Assembly (NCBI GenBank): GCA_964554565.1
Contig: CAZKPC010000003.1
Location: 1,009 to 65,008, forward strand
Length of the DNA stretch: 64,000 nt
Reading direction: 5' to 3'
Origin: an uncultured Halobacteriales archaeon
Lineage (GTDB): Archaea > Halobacteriota > Halobacteria > Halobacteriales > Hikarchaeaceae
In this document: one piece after another, positions 49,200-59,603 of the stretch
Position numbering within the stretch: position 1 is the first letter of the stretch
Layout of the letters: every line of letters starts with the position of its first letter
The notes under the pieces: model-generated
What the model saw: only the letters and a program-made list of their open reading frames with translations
The model's database searches: none
Told to the model about the DNA's origin: nothing
Translations under genes and position numbers: made by a program

Positions 49200-49970
49200 A
49201 TGGAGCTCGCCGACCAGCTCGAGGTGGGGGATCGGGCGCTGGTGGCGTTCGTCGGGGCCGGCGGCAAGAAGACGGCGATGGACCAACTCGTCGAGGAGGG
49301 GACCGACCGCGGACTGGCCGTCGGCTATACCACGACGACCCACGTCCCGCCGCCCGACCTCCCGCTCGCGTTGTCCGACCCAGAAACCCTCGAACGAGGG
49401 CTCGAGGAGCACGAGCCGCCGGTGGCATTCGCCCGGGAGGAGGTCGAGCAGCCGGAACGCGCCGACCGCAAGCTCCGTGGGTTCGAGCCATCGGTCGTCG
49501 ATTGGACCTATCGCACGCGGCGATTCGACTGGCTGCTGGTGAAAGCAGACGGGGCCCGACGGCGGGGGTTCAAAGCGCCGGGGCCCGACGAACCGGCGCT
49601 GCCGCTGGCCGCGACCCACGTGGTGCCGGTCGTCAGCGTACAGGTCGTCGGAAAGCCGCTGGCGCCGGAACACGTCCATCGCGTGGACCAGGTCGCGGCC
49701 ATCACGGGACTCGAGCCGGGCGATCCGATCGACGCCGCCGCCGTTGGCACTGTCCTCGGGAGCCCCGAGGGCGGCCTGAAGGGCGTCCCGGAGACGGCGA
49801 CGGCCACCTATCTGGTGAACCAGGCCGACACGCCGGCGCTTGCCGGCACCGCCCGGACAGTGCTCGAGACCGCCTTCGAGGTGGCCGGGCGCCCAGTCCG
49901 GGGCGCCGTGAGTTCCTTCGAGGCCGATCGGCTGGACGTTTTCGAGCCCGGAGGTCGCCGGGGAGCCTGA
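49200..49970 (+). CDS. yqeC: Selenium cofactor biosynthesis protein YqeC
   Basis: VGAGGKK, TTTTH, KADGARRR.FKAP..DEP, NQAD. Confidence 0.9.
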   Translation: MELADQLEVGDRALVAFVGAGGKKTAMDQLVEEGTDRGLAVGYTTTTHVPPPDLPLALSDPETLERGLEEHEPPVAFAREEVEQPERADRKLRGFEPSVVDWTYRTRRFDWLLVKADGARRRGFKAPGPDEPALPLAATHVVPVVSVQVVGKPLAPEHVHRVDQVAAITGLEPGDPIDAAAVGTVLGSPEGGLKGVPETATATYLVNQADTPALAGTARTVLETAFEVAGRPVRGAVSSFEADRLDVFEPGGRRGA

Positions 49971-49973
49971 CCC

Positions 49974-51644
49974 TCAGCCGGCCACGACGTCCACGAACTC
50001 GGCCGCCGCGACGTCGACGAGGCCGTTGTTCGTCAGGCGGTACTCGGGGATGACCTCGAGGGACAGGAAGGACAGCTCCATGATGCCGCCGTCGTGGTCC
50101 AATCCCAGGTCACGGGCGGCCGTTTCGACGGCTTCGAAGCCATCACGGACGTCATGCAGCGGTCGATCCGACATCAACCCGGCTACGGGAAGCGGCAGGT
50201 CGGTGACCTGGCCCCCTTCGGGGTCGTAGGCCGCGATGCCGCCGCCGATCTCGCGCAGGTGGTTCGCCACCGCGGCCATCGAGTGGTGATCGACGCCGGC
50301 GACGACGAGATTGTGGGCGTCATGGGCGACCGTGCTCGCGATCGCGCCCCGGTCGAGCCCGAAGTTGTGCACGAACCCGCGGCCGATGCCCCCCTCGCCG
50401 CCGTGGCGCTCGATCACCGCCAGGTGCAGGACGTCGCTCCCGGGATCGGCACCCAGCCGGCCGTCCTCGACCGGCACCTCGGCCGTCATCTTGGCGGTTT
50501 GCAAGCCGCCCACGGCATCCACCACGCGAACCTCGACCGTGTCAGCGGCCGACCCCGGTGCCGACAGCGCGAAGTCAGCCGGGTCCACCGGGTCGAAGGC
50601 CACAGTGTCCGTCGCGATTTCGCTGGCGGGGGGCTCGCCGCTCCCGGCCGTCGGGTCCACCTCGCCGTCGATCAGGACGTGGTCGACCGTCCACGAGTCC
50701 AGATCGGAGAGCAACACGAGATCCGCGGGCGCCCCCGGCGCCAGGCGCCCGAACGGCAGTCCGTACGCCTCGGCGGTGTTCAGCGTGGCCAGCTGGACGG
50801 CCTCGACCGGATCCACGCCGAGGTCGATGGCCTTCCTGACCGCGAAGTCGATCCCGCCGTGCTCGATCAGGTCCACGACGTCCCGGTCGTCGGTACAGAG
50901 CGAGAGCCGTCGGCTGTCGACGTCCTCGACGAGATCCACGAGGTCAGCCAGGTTCCGGCTGGCGGTGCCCTCCCGGAGGTACACCCGGAGGCCGGCATCG
51001 ACTTTCTCCCGCGCTTCCTCGAGCGCGATGCTCTCGTGATCGGAGTCGAGGTACCGGGCGACCGTCTGCAGGTCCGACCCGGTCACGCGGGGGAGGTGTC
51101 CATCCACCGGGAGCGCCCGCTCCCGTGCGGCCTCGATCTTCGCGTGGACCTCGGGATCGCCGGAGAGGACACCCGGGATGTCCATGACCTCGCCGAGGGC
51201 CACCACGCCCGGTTCCTCCAGGAGCGTCGCGACCGCTTCGGGGCCGATCGCGGCCCCGGCGTCCTGCATGTCGGTCGCCGGCACGCTGGAGGGAACCGTG
51301 AATCGGGCCTTCAACGGTGTCTGGGTCGCATCGGCCAGGTGTGCCCGGACGCCCGACGCGCCGAGGACGTTGGCGATCTCGTGTGGATCGGTCACGATGC
51401 TCGTCACGCCCCGCGGCACCACGGCCGCCCCGTAGCGGGGCAGGGTCACCATGGCCGACTCGACGTGCATGTGGGCGTCGATCAGTCCCGGCGCGATGTA
51501 CGCCGCCTCCAGCGTCCGATCGGCCGGCCGCTCCTCCAGGGCCACGATCTCGCCGTCGTCGATCGCGACCGCCCCCTCGTCGAGCTGGCCGGTGTGGACA
51601 TTGACGACCGTCCCGGTTACGACCGTGTCCACGCGTTCGCTCAT
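49974..51644 (-). CDS. ade: Adenine deaminase
   Basis: PGLIDAHMHVES, DPHEIANV, SDHE, LREG, CTDD, STVAHDAHN, LPVAGLMS. Confidence 0.95.
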   Translation of the reverse strand: MSERVDTVVTGTVVNVHTGQLDEGAVAIDDGEIVALEERPADRTLEAAYIAPGLIDAHMHVESAMVTLPRYGAAVVPRGVTSIVTDPHEIANVLGASGVRAHLADATQTPLKARFTVPSSVPATDMQDAGAAIGPEAVATLLEEPGVVALGEVMDIPGVLSGDPEVHAKIEAARERALPVDGHLPRVTGSDLQTVARYLDSDHESIALEEAREKVDAGLRVYLREGTASRNLADLVDLVEDVDSRRLSLCTDDRDVVDLIEHGGIDFAVRKAIDLGVDPVEAVQLATLNTAEAYGLPFGRLAPGAPADLVLLSDLDSWTVDHVLIDGEVDPTAGSGEPPASEIATDTVAFDPVDPADFALSAPGSAADTVEVRVVDAVGGLQTAKMTAEVPVEDGRLGADPGSDVLHLAVIERHGGEGGIGRGFVHNFGLDRGAIASTVAHDAHNLVVAGVDHHSMAAVANHLREIGGGIAAYDPEGGQVTDLPLPVAGLMSDRPLHDVRDGFEAVETAARDLGLDHDGGIMELSFLSLEVIPEYRLTNNGLVDVAAAEFVDVVAG

Positions 51645-51684
51645 GTCAGGAGGGTGGGCCGCGACGGACATCAATCCCGCCGGT

Positions 51685-53013
51685 TCAGGGCTTCACGGCC
51701 TGGGCGGCCGCGCGGTGCTCGGCCAGATCGAGATCGACCTCGCGCGCCCGCCGGCGGATCTCGTCCGCGTCGGCCACGGTCAGTTCGCCGTCCTCGTAGA
51801 GGACCTCGCCGTCGACCATCGTGAACTCGACGTCGTCGCCGTGGGCCCCGTACACGAGGTGCGAGCGGACGTCGTGCAGGGGCGTGGCCCGGGTGAGATC
51901 GGTGCGGAGGCCGATGATGTCGGCTTTCCAGCCCTCGCGGATCGCACCGACGTCATCGAAGCCGGCCGCGGCCGCGCCGTTTCGCGTCGCCATGTCGAAG
52001 ATGACTGACGCCGGCGTGGCGGTCGGGTCGAGCCGCTCGACCTTCTGCAGGAGGCTCGCCTGCCGCATCTCCGTGAAGGGATCCAGCGTGTTGTTGCAGG
52101 GCGGGCCGTCGTTCCCCAGTGCGACGTTTATCCCCCGATCGAGGTAATCGACGATCGGCGCCACGCCGCTGGCGAGTTTCATGTTCGATGACGGGCAGTG
52201 AGTGACGTGGGTGCCGGTCTCCGCGAGCAGGTCCCGCTCCGCCTCGTTCGTCCAGACACAGTGGGCCAGCACGACGTCCTCGCCCGTGAGGCCGACCTCG
52301 TGGAGCCAGTGGATGTTGCGGACGCCGGTCTCCTTCTCCACGGTCGCGATCTCGTCCTGGTTCTCGCTGGCGTGCGTGTGGATCCGGACGGCGTCATAGC
52401 GGTCAGTCAGCTCCCGGGCGCCACGGAGACACGCCTCCGAACAGGAGACCGCGAACCGCGGCGTCACGGCGTACCGGATCCGGTCGTCGTGGCTGCGGTG
52501 ATAGCGTTCGATCAGGCGCTCGGATTCGGCCAGCGCGGCGTCCGCGTCCTCCAGCAGCCCCGGCGGCGAGTCCTTGTCCATGAGCACCTTCCCGAGAACG
52601 CCACGGATCCCGAGCTCGCCGGCGGCTTCGAACGCCTGGTCGGCGTGGGCGACCGAGAGGTGGTCGATCACGGTCGTCGTGCCGCTCTCGAGACACTCGA
52701 GGTAGCCCAGCTTGGCCGCGATCTCCATCTCCTCGGCCGTGAGCGAGGCCTCCATGGGCAGCACGTGGTCGAAGAGCCAATCCAGGAGGGCGGTATCGTC
52801 CGCGATTCCCCGGCCGAGGCTCTGGACCGAATGGATGTGGGCACCGACCAATCCCGGTGCGAGGAGATCGAAGGACCGGCGCTCGTGATCCGGATACCGC
52901 TCGATCAGCTCTGCTCGGGAGCCGACGGCTTCGATCCGCGGGCCCTCGACGAGGACCGCGCCGTCCCGGAGCACGCTGTCGCCGTCCTGGATGACGGTCC
53001 CGGTCAGTAGCAT
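51685..53013 (-). CDS. Amidohydrolase of the TrzA/AtzA/SsnA/guanine-deaminase group
   Basis: HIH, YAVTPRFAVSC, HTHASE, AHC, HCP.SNMKL, GND; substrate uncertain. Confidence 0.85.
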   Translation of the reverse strand: MLLTGTVIQDGDSVLRDGAVLVEGPRIEAVGSRAELIERYPDHERRSFDLLAPGLVGAHIHSVQSLGRGIADDTALLDWLFDHVLPMEASLTAEEMEIAAKLGYLECLESGTTTVIDHLSVAHADQAFEAAGELGIRGVLGKVLMDKDSPPGLLEDADAALAESERLIERYHRSHDDRIRYAVTPRFAVSCSEACLRGARELTDRYDAVRIHTHASENQDEIATVEKETGVRNIHWLHEVGLTGEDVVLAHCVWTNEAERDLLAETGTHVTHCPSSNMKLASGVAPIVDYLDRGINVALGNDGPPCNNTLDPFTEMRQASLLQKVERLDPTATPASVIFDMATRNGAAAAGFDDVGAIREGWKADIIGLRTDLTRATPLHDVRSHLVYGAHGDDVEFTMVDGEVLYEDGELTVADADEIRRRAREVDLDLAEHRAAAQAVKP

Positions 53014-53082
53014 CCCGCAACCCGTTGAGCCCGTCGGCCGGAAATACTTACCCATCTGGCCGCCGCGGCGTGTTCGGGACCG

Positions 53083-54075
53083 TCAGTCGGTTTCGCGGCT
53101 GTAGGCCTGGAGCAGCGCCCCCGGAACGCCGAGCTGTTTGCGGCCCGCCTTCCGGACCGTAATCGCGAGCACCACGATCGTGGCGATATACGGATAGGTC
53201 GCCATGATCGTCGGGTGAAAGAGGAAGCCGCTCACGGCATTGACCGCGTCGGCGGCCGGGAACCCGGCCCCGACCTGGAGGTTGAGGGCCTGCGAACGGA
53301 GCTTGAGGGCGTCGAGGAGGCCGAAGAGGTAGGCGCCCACGAGCGCCCGCTCGGGCCGCCACTGGGCGAAGATCACTAGGGCCACCGCGATCCAGCCGCG
53401 GCCGGCCACCATCCCGGGCACCCAGAGCTGGGCGAACGCGAGCGAGAGGTGGGCGCCCGCCGCGCCCGCGAACGCACCCCCGAGCAGGACGCAGAGATAG
53501 CGCATTCGAAACACGTTCACGCCCATCGTATCGGCGGTTTCGGGGTCGTCACCGACAGCAGTGATCTCGAGCCCGAGGTTCGTCCGGAAGAGGAAATACC
53601 AGGTGATGGGGACCAACGCCAGCGCGATGTAGTCGAGCGGCGTCGATCGGAACAGGGCCTCACCGATCACCGGGATCCCGACGAGGAATCGACCGATGAT
53701 CGGGAACGTGATCTGGCCGAAGCCGTCGATGGAATTTTCGACCCACTGCTGCCCGAAGAAGGTCGTCAACCCGATCCCGAGCAGCGTGAGCATGATCCCG
53801 CTGATCACCTGGTCGGATTTCAGCGTGATCGTCAGGAACGCGTGAATGGCGGCCATCGCGGTCCCGAGGATGATCGCGACCAGGAGCCCCAGCCACGGGT
53901 TGCCGGTGATGACCGTGACAACGAACCCGCTCAGGGCGCCGACGAGCATCATCCCCTCGACGCCCAGATTGAGAATGCCCGCCCGCTCGGCGATGATCTC
54001 GCCGAGCGAGGCGAGGATCAGGACCGTCGAAGCGCGGACGGTTGCGTCGAGCAGCCCGGCGAGGAACGAGACCAT
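53083..54075 (-). CDS. Nucleoside ABC transporter permease 2
   Basis: ERAGILNLGVEGMM, GRGWIA.A.V.F..WRP, PY. Confidence 0.92.
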   Translation of the reverse strand: MVSFLAGLLDATVRASTVLILASLGEIIAERAGILNLGVEGMMLVGALSGFVVTVITGNPWLGLLVAIILGTAMAAIHAFLTITLKSDQVISGIMLTLLGIGLTTFFGQQWVENSIDGFGQITFPIIGRFLVGIPVIGEALFRSTPLDYIALALVPITWYFLFRTNLGLEITAVGDDPETADTMGVNVFRMRYLCVLLGGAFAGAAGAHLSLAFAQLWVPGMVAGRGWIAVALVIFAQWRPERALVGAYLFGLLDALKLRSQALNLQVGAGFPAADAVNAVSGFLFHPTIMATYPYIATIVVLAITVRKAGRKQLGVPGALLQAYSRETD

Positions 54076-55170
54076 TCAGGCCACCTCCCCGCCCGCCGTC
54101 GGCTCGGCTTCGCGTTCGATCTCGATCGATACCTCGTACCGTTTCACGAACTCCGCCGTGATCAGGAACAGGATGATCAGGGCTTGGATGACGTCGACGA
54201 GCGCGGACGGGACGCCGAACTGGGTCCGGATGCGGAAGCCCCCGACGAACAGGACCGCGAAGAACAGGGCCGCCAGCACGACCTGCGGCGCCCCGTTCCG
54301 TCCGAGCAGCGCGATCGGGATCGCGGTGAACCCATACCCGGGGGAGAAGTCCGGGCGGAGCCGGTCCTGCACGCCGGCGATCTCCGCGACGCCAGCCATG
54401 CCCGCGAGCGCCCCGCCGGCCACGAGCACGAACACGTACACGTAGAAGGAGTTCATGCCGGCCTGGCGGGCCGCGTCGGGGTTCGAACCGACGAACGTGA
54501 TCTCGAAGCCGAGTCTGGTCGCCCGAAGGAGCGCATAGACGGCCGCTGCAGCCACCAGCGCGAACAGGATGCCGATGTGGACGTCGGTGCCCGGGATCAG
54601 CGGGAACCGGGCCGCTTCCGGGAGCAGAGCCGTCACCGGGAAGTTCCCCTCGCCCCCTTGCATCGGGCCCCGGACCATGTAGCCGTTCAGCTCGATGGCC
54701 ACGAAGGTCAGCAGCAGCGTCGTGATGATCTCGTTGACGTCCCACTTCGCGCGGAGCCAGCCCGGGATCCCCGCCCAGACGGCGCCGGCCCCGAGGGAGG
54801 CCAACAGCATCAGCGGCACCAGGAGGACCGCCGGCAGGCCGAGGTTCAGCCCGACCCAGGTGCCGGCGATCGCCCCGACGTAGAGCTGGCCCTCGGCCCC
54901 GATGTTCCAGAGGCCACCCCGGAGCGGGAGATACACCGCCAACCCCGTTAGGATGAGCGGCACCCCACGAACGAAGGTGTTCGTGAGGCCGAACGTGTTG
55001 GTCACGGTGTTGACGAACATGGCCTCGTAGACGGCGACAGGATCGAACTGCAGCGCGATCAGCGCGACGGCCCCGACGAGGAGTGCCGCGACGATGGTGA
55101 AGACCGGGGCGCCGTAGACGATCCAAGCCGGCAACTCCTCACGGCCGGAGATCGCGACGTCGACGTTCAC
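54076..55170 (-). CDS. Nucleoside ABC transporter permease 1
   Basis: GLWNIGAEGQ, NEIITT, GYGF..I..ALLGR. Confidence 0.92.
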   Translation of the reverse strand: MNVDVAISGREELPAWIVYGAPVFTIVAALLVGAVALIALQFDPVAVYEAMFVNTVTNTFGLTNTFVRGVPLILTGLAVYLPLRGGLWNIGAEGQLYVGAIAGTWVGLNLGLPAVLLVPLMLLASLGAGAVWAGIPGWLRAKWDVNEIITTLLLTFVAIELNGYMVRGPMQGGEGNFPVTALLPEAARFPLIPGTDVHIGILFALVAAAAVYALLRATRLGFEITFVGSNPDAARQAGMNSFYVYVFVLVAGGALAGMAGVAEIAGVQDRLRPDFSPGYGFTAIPIALLGRNGAPQVVLAALFFAVLFVGGFRIRTQFGVPSALVDVIQALIILFLITAEFVKRYEVSIEIEREAEPTAGGEVA

Positions 55171-56822
55171 GGGGCGTCACCTCCGGCCGGCTCCGCGACG
55201 GCCGCCCCGCCGGATGACTCCGATTCCAGGCCCCGGCCGCCGGTCATCTCGAGGCCGACCTCCTCGGGGTTCGTCTCCTCGGGCGTCGATTCGTGGACGA
55301 ACTCGCCCTCGTAGATCACGGAGATACGATCGCTGAGTTCGAAGAGCTCGTCCAGGTCCTCCGAGATGAGGAGGACGCCGGTCCCCTCGCCGCGCTGTTC
55401 GAGAATGGTCTCGCGGACGAACTCGATCGCGCCGACGTCGACGCCCCGGGTCGGCTGATTGGCGATGAGCACATCCGGGTCCCGGGAGAGTTCCCGGGCG
55501 AGGATCAGCTTCTGGAGATTGCCTCCGGAGAGATCCCCGGCCCGCATTTCGTTGACGTCACTGACCCCCCGGATATCGAATGACTCCACGAGCTCCTCCG
55601 CGTAGGCACGCATCTCGTCGTAGTCCAGCATTCGGTTGCCGAACTCCGAGCGGCGGTAGTCCTTCATCACCGCGTTGTGCATCACCGAGAGCTCCTCGGC
55701 ACACCCGAACCGGTACCGGTCCTCCGGCACGAACGAGACCCCGTTCTCGATGAATTCGCGGGCCGATGCGCCGGTGAGGTCTGTGTCACCGACCGTGATC
55801 GTTCCCGCTGTCGGTTGACGGATCCCCACCAATGACTCCGCCAGTTCACGCTGACCGTTCCCACTGACACCCGCGATCCCCACGATCTCGCCCTCTTGGA
55901 TCTCCAGATCGACGCCCGCCAGCGCCTCGATCCCGCGGTCGTCGGTCGCGTGCAGACCCTCGGCGGCCATGACCGGGGCCCCGGCCTGCACATCGCCCTT
56001 CTCGAGTTCGAACAGCACTTCCCGGCCGACCATCAGCCGCGCGAGGTCCTCGCGGGTGACCGTAGCGGTATCGACGGTCTCGACCTTCTCGCCGTTCCGC
56101 AAGACCGTGACCCGATCGGTGAGCGCGGTGACCTCCTTCAGTTTGTGCGTAATGAAGATGATCGTGAGCCCGTCCTGGGCCAGCTGTTCGAGCGTCTCGA
56201 ACAGCCGTTCAGCCTCGTTGGGTGTCAGAACGGCCGTCGGTTCGTCGAGGATGAGGAGATCGACGTCCCGATAGAGGGCCTTCAGGATCTCGACCCGCTG
56301 TTGCTGTCCGACGTCCAGCTCCCAGATCCGGGCATCGACATCGACCTGGAACCCGTACTGGTCGGCGAGGTCGACGATACGCTCCCGGGGTTGGTCGAGG
56401 CCGAGCGTGAACAGCCGGCCCATGGCCTTGGCCGCCCGGTTCGTCGCGAGCCAATCCGGCCAGCGTCCGTCAGCGCCGTCTCGGAACGAGGACGCCGGCT
56501 CCCGGCGGCCCAGGACGACGTTTTCGGCCACTGTGAGCCGGGGGATGAGCATGAAATGCTGATGCACCATTCCGATGCCGTTCCGGATGGCGTCCTGGGG
56601 GGAGTCGAGGTCGAGCCGCTCGCCATCGAGGTAGACCTCGCCGCCGTCGGGCCGGTAGAGCCCGTAAAGGACGTTCATCAGCGTGCTCTTGCCAGCCCCG
56701 TTCTCCCCGAGGAGGCCGTGGATCTCGCCGCGGCGGACCGAGAAATCGACGTGATCGTTGGCCACGACGCCGGGGAACTCCTTGACGATATCCTCCATCC
56801 GGAGGAACGGATCATCGCTCAT
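55167..56822 (-). CDS. Nucleoside ABC transporter ATP-binding protein (tandem NBD)
   Basis: GENGAGKST, QQRVEILK, LILDEPT, LSGGNLQK, QPTRGVD. Confidence 0.95.
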   Translation of the reverse strand: MSDDPFLRMEDIVKEFPGVVANDHVDFSVRRGEIHGLLGENGAGKSTLMNVLYGLYRPDGGEVYLDGERLDLDSPQDAIRNGIGMVHQHFMLIPRLTVAENVVLGRREPASSFRDGADGRWPDWLATNRAAKAMGRLFTLGLDQPRERIVDLADQYGFQVDVDARIWELDVGQQQRVEILKALYRDVDLLILDEPTAVLTPNEAERLFETLEQLAQDGLTIIFITHKLKEVTALTDRVTVLRNGEKVETVDTATVTREDLARLMVGREVLFELEKGDVQAGAPVMAAEGLHATDDRGIEALAGVDLEIQEGEIVGIAGVSGNGQRELAESLVGIRQPTAGTITVGDTDLTGASAREFIENGVSFVPEDRYRFGCAEELSVMHNAVMKDYRRSEFGNRMLDYDEMRAYAEELVESFDIRGVSDVNEMRAGDLSGGNLQKLILARELSRDPDVLIANQPTRGVDVGAIEFVRETILEQRGEGTGVLLISEDLDELFELSDRISVIYEGEFVHESTPEETNPEEVGLEMTGGRGLESESSGGAAVAEPAGGDAP

Positions 56823-57112
56823 ACCTGCGAATCAGTTGCGGGTTCTGACGAGCCCAGTCGTATAACTGTTTCCTCAGCGGAGAACTCCCAGCGGGCGAGT
56901 CGATAGCAGGGGCCCGCGAGCGACCGAACTAGCGTCGTCTTCCGGAGTGGCAATGGCTGCGCTCTGTTGAGAATCTCGCGATCGGTGTCGGACCTTGTGA
57001 GCCTTTAACAGGCAGCTTTATGTGAAGACCGCGGCACCGTATACGTAGATGCCGCGTTGGATACTGCTGAACGAACGGTGTCGGCAGGCAGGCTTCCAAT
57101 CGGACCCTAACC

Positions 57113-58231
57113 ATGGTTGACAAACGATTCACTCGACGCGACGCACTCAAGGCGATGAGCACGGTCCCGGCCGTCGGTTTGGCCGGGTGCCTCGGTGGCG
57201 GTGGTTCAGGCGATGGCGACGGTGACAGTAGCGGTGATTCGACGCCGATGGACACCCCCGAGGACGAGACCATCAACGCCGCCTGGGTATACATTTCCGA
57301 GGTCGGCGACCTCGGCTGGTCCTGGGCCCACGACCAGGGACGCAAGGCCGTCGCTAACCGATACGACTGGCTGGAAACGTCCTTCTCCGAAGCCGTCCCC
57401 CCGTCCGACGGCAAGCAGGTCATGGAACAGTACACCCAGCAGGACTTCGACATCATCTTCGGGACGACCTTCGAGTACATGGATCCCATGTTGGAACTCG
57501 CGAAGAACAACCCGGACACCCTCTACGAGCACTGTTCCGGCTTCAAAACCCATGACAACATGGGCCGGTACTTCGGTCGGATGTACCAGGCCCGATACCT
57601 CGCGGGGGTTGCGGCGGCCATGATGCCGGATGTGAGCTCTATGGGCTACGTCGCGGCGTTCCCGATCCCGGAGGTCGTCAGGGGCATCAACGCCTTCACC
57701 GCGGGCGCCCGGTCGGTCAACAGCGACATCACGACGAAGGTCCGATGGACGAACACCTGGTTCGACCCGCCGACTGAGAAAGAAGCCGCCCAGAGCCTGA
57801 TCGACGAGGGCGTCGACGTGATGGCTCAGCACCAGGACTCGCCGGCAGCCGTCCGTGCCGCCAAGGAAGCCGGGATCTGGGCGACCGGCTATGACGCGCC
57901 GATGGACGAATTCGGCGGCGAGCAGTACGTCACCTCCCCCATCTGGCACTGGGAGGTCTTCTACGAGCCGACGCTCATCTCCGTCCAGAAAGGCAACTGG
58001 GAGTCCGACGCCTACTGGGAAGGGCTCGATGCCGGCATCGTGGACCTCTCCGATTGGGGCCCGCAGGTCCCGAGCGAGGCCAAATCGATGGTCAGTGACA
58101 CCGAGGAACAGATCATCACCGGCCAACTGGATCCCTGGGCCGGCACCAAGTTCGAGGGCGAGAGCGATTCGTTCCTCTTCGGCCAGATGTCGAGCTACGT
58201 CGAAGGCGTGGAAGGGTCGGTCCCGAACTAA
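57113..58231 (+). CDS. BMP-family purine nucleoside-binding lipoprotein (Tat-exported)
   Basis: TRRDALK Tat motif, LAGC lipobox, DLGWS.AH, IPEV.R.INAF, WFDP, QHQDS. Confidence 0.93.
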   Translation: MVDKRFTRRDALKAMSTVPAVGLAGCLGGGGSGDGDGDSSGDSTPMDTPEDETINAAWVYISEVGDLGWSWAHDQGRKAVANRYDWLETSFSEAVPPSDGKQVMEQYTQQDFDIIFGTTFEYMDPMLELAKNNPDTLYEHCSGFKTHDNMGRYFGRMYQARYLAGVAAAMMPDVSSMGYVAAFPIPEVVRGINAFTAGARSVNSDITTKVRWTNTWFDPPTEKEAAQSLIDEGVDVMAQHQDSPAAVRAAKEAGIWATGYDAPMDEFGGEQYVTSPIWHWEVFYEPTLISVQKGNWESDAYWEGLDAGIVDLSDWGPQVPSEAKSMVSDTEEQIITGQLDPWAGTKFEGESDSFLFGQMSSYVEGVEGSVPN

Positions 58232-58343
58232 GCCCGGTCGCAACTCCGGGGCATTCTTCTCCGTTTTCGGTCCCCCTGCAGAGCGTCGCTGAAGCGCTGG
58301 CGGAAGGTATATGCGAGCCAGGGTAGAATCTCAGCCAGATTCC

Positions 58344-59579
58344 ATGGAGCTCGAGCGCCATCGCCCGCGTATCGACGAGTGGGTCGACGAACACCGCGAG
58401 GACTGCATCGCCTTCCTGCAGGACCTGATCGCCATTCCCAGCGCGACGACAGTCGGCGAGGACGAAGCCGAGATCGCCGACCGGGTCGTCGAGGAACTTG
58501 AGGCGCTCGACTACGACGAGGTCCGGGTCGACGGGATCGGGAACGTTCATGGCGTGATCGAGGGGGCCCGCGACGACGAGGGCGCCGTCATGCTCAACTC
58601 CCACATCGACACGGTGGGGTTCGGCGACCGGGAGCAATGGGACCACGACCCCTACGGCGGCGAGATCGAGGACGGGCAGCTCTACGGGCTCGGGAGCGCG
58701 GACATGCTCTGTGCGATGGCGTCGATGGTTTACGGCGGGGCGGCGCTGATCGACCTCGATATCACCCCTGAACACGACGTTTACGTGACCGGCGAAGTGT
58801 TCGAGGAGGTCCACGAGGGCCACGCGATGCGGTACGCCGTCGAGGAAGCGGACCTCGACCTGTCGGCCGTCGTCATCGGGGAGGCGACCGAGATGGACGT
58901 CAAGCGGGGTCATCGGGGTCGGTGTGAGCTGAAGATCGAGATCGAGGGCGCGTCCTGTCATGCCAGCGCGCCGGAGCGGGGCATCAACCCGCTGTATCAC
59001 GCCGCCGCGATGCTCGAGCGGATCGAGGAGCTGAACGAGGAAACGGCGGACGACGACTTCCTGGGATCGGGGACGATCGCGGGGACGAACCTCGAGGTCG
59101 ACACGCCGTCCAACAACGCGGTCCCGGCCCACGCCACGCTCTATGTCGATCGACGGTTGACGGTTGGCGAGGACGAGGCGACCGTCCATGCCGAACTCGA
59201 GGACGCGATCAGCGCCGCCGAAGCGGTCTACGGGGATGACGTAGCGGCGGAGGTCGAGACCCTTTCCTTCGATCGGCCGTCCTACACCGGCTACCAGCAG
59301 GAGACTCCGAAGTACTACCCGAGTTGGGTCCTCGATGAGGACCACCCCCTCGTCCAGCAGACCTCGGAAGTGGCCTCGACGATGCTGGACTCGGACCATG
59401 AGATTACCAAGTGGACCTTCTCCACCAGCGGGAACTACACGATGGGCGTCGCGGGGATCCCGACCATCGGCTTCGGTCCGTCCCGCGAGGAGTGGGCGCA
59501 CATGGCCAACGAACGCGTCGCGGTCGAGGACGTCGTCGATGCGATCGGCGTTTACGCCGGGCTGGCCGCCGAACTATAG
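58344..59579 (+). CDS. ygeY: YgeY-family M20 metallo-hydrolase (N-carbamoyl/ureido hydrolase)
   Basis: HIDTVG.G...W..DPY, EE, RG.RGR, SCH.SAPERG.N, D.FLG.GT, DRRLT.GE, DRPS.TG, KWTFST.G, IGFGP. Confidence 0.88.
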   Translation: MELERHRPRIDEWVDEHREDCIAFLQDLIAIPSATTVGEDEAEIADRVVEELEALDYDEVRVDGIGNVHGVIEGARDDEGAVMLNSHIDTVGFGDREQWDHDPYGGEIEDGQLYGLGSADMLCAMASMVYGGAALIDLDITPEHDVYVTGEVFEEVHEGHAMRYAVEEADLDLSAVVIGEATEMDVKRGHRGRCELKIEIEGASCHASAPERGINPLYHAAAMLERIEELNEETADDDFLGSGTIAGTNLEVDTPSNNAVPAHATLYVDRRLTVGEDEATVHAELEDAISAAEAVYGDDVAAEVETLSFDRPSYTGYQQETPKYYPSWVLDEDHPLVQQTSEVASTMLDSDHEITKWTFSTSGNYTMGVAGIPTIGFGPSREEWAHMANERVAVEDVVDAIGVYAGLAAEL

Positions 59580-59603
59580 CCGGGAAGCCTCCCTAACTGC
59601 ACC

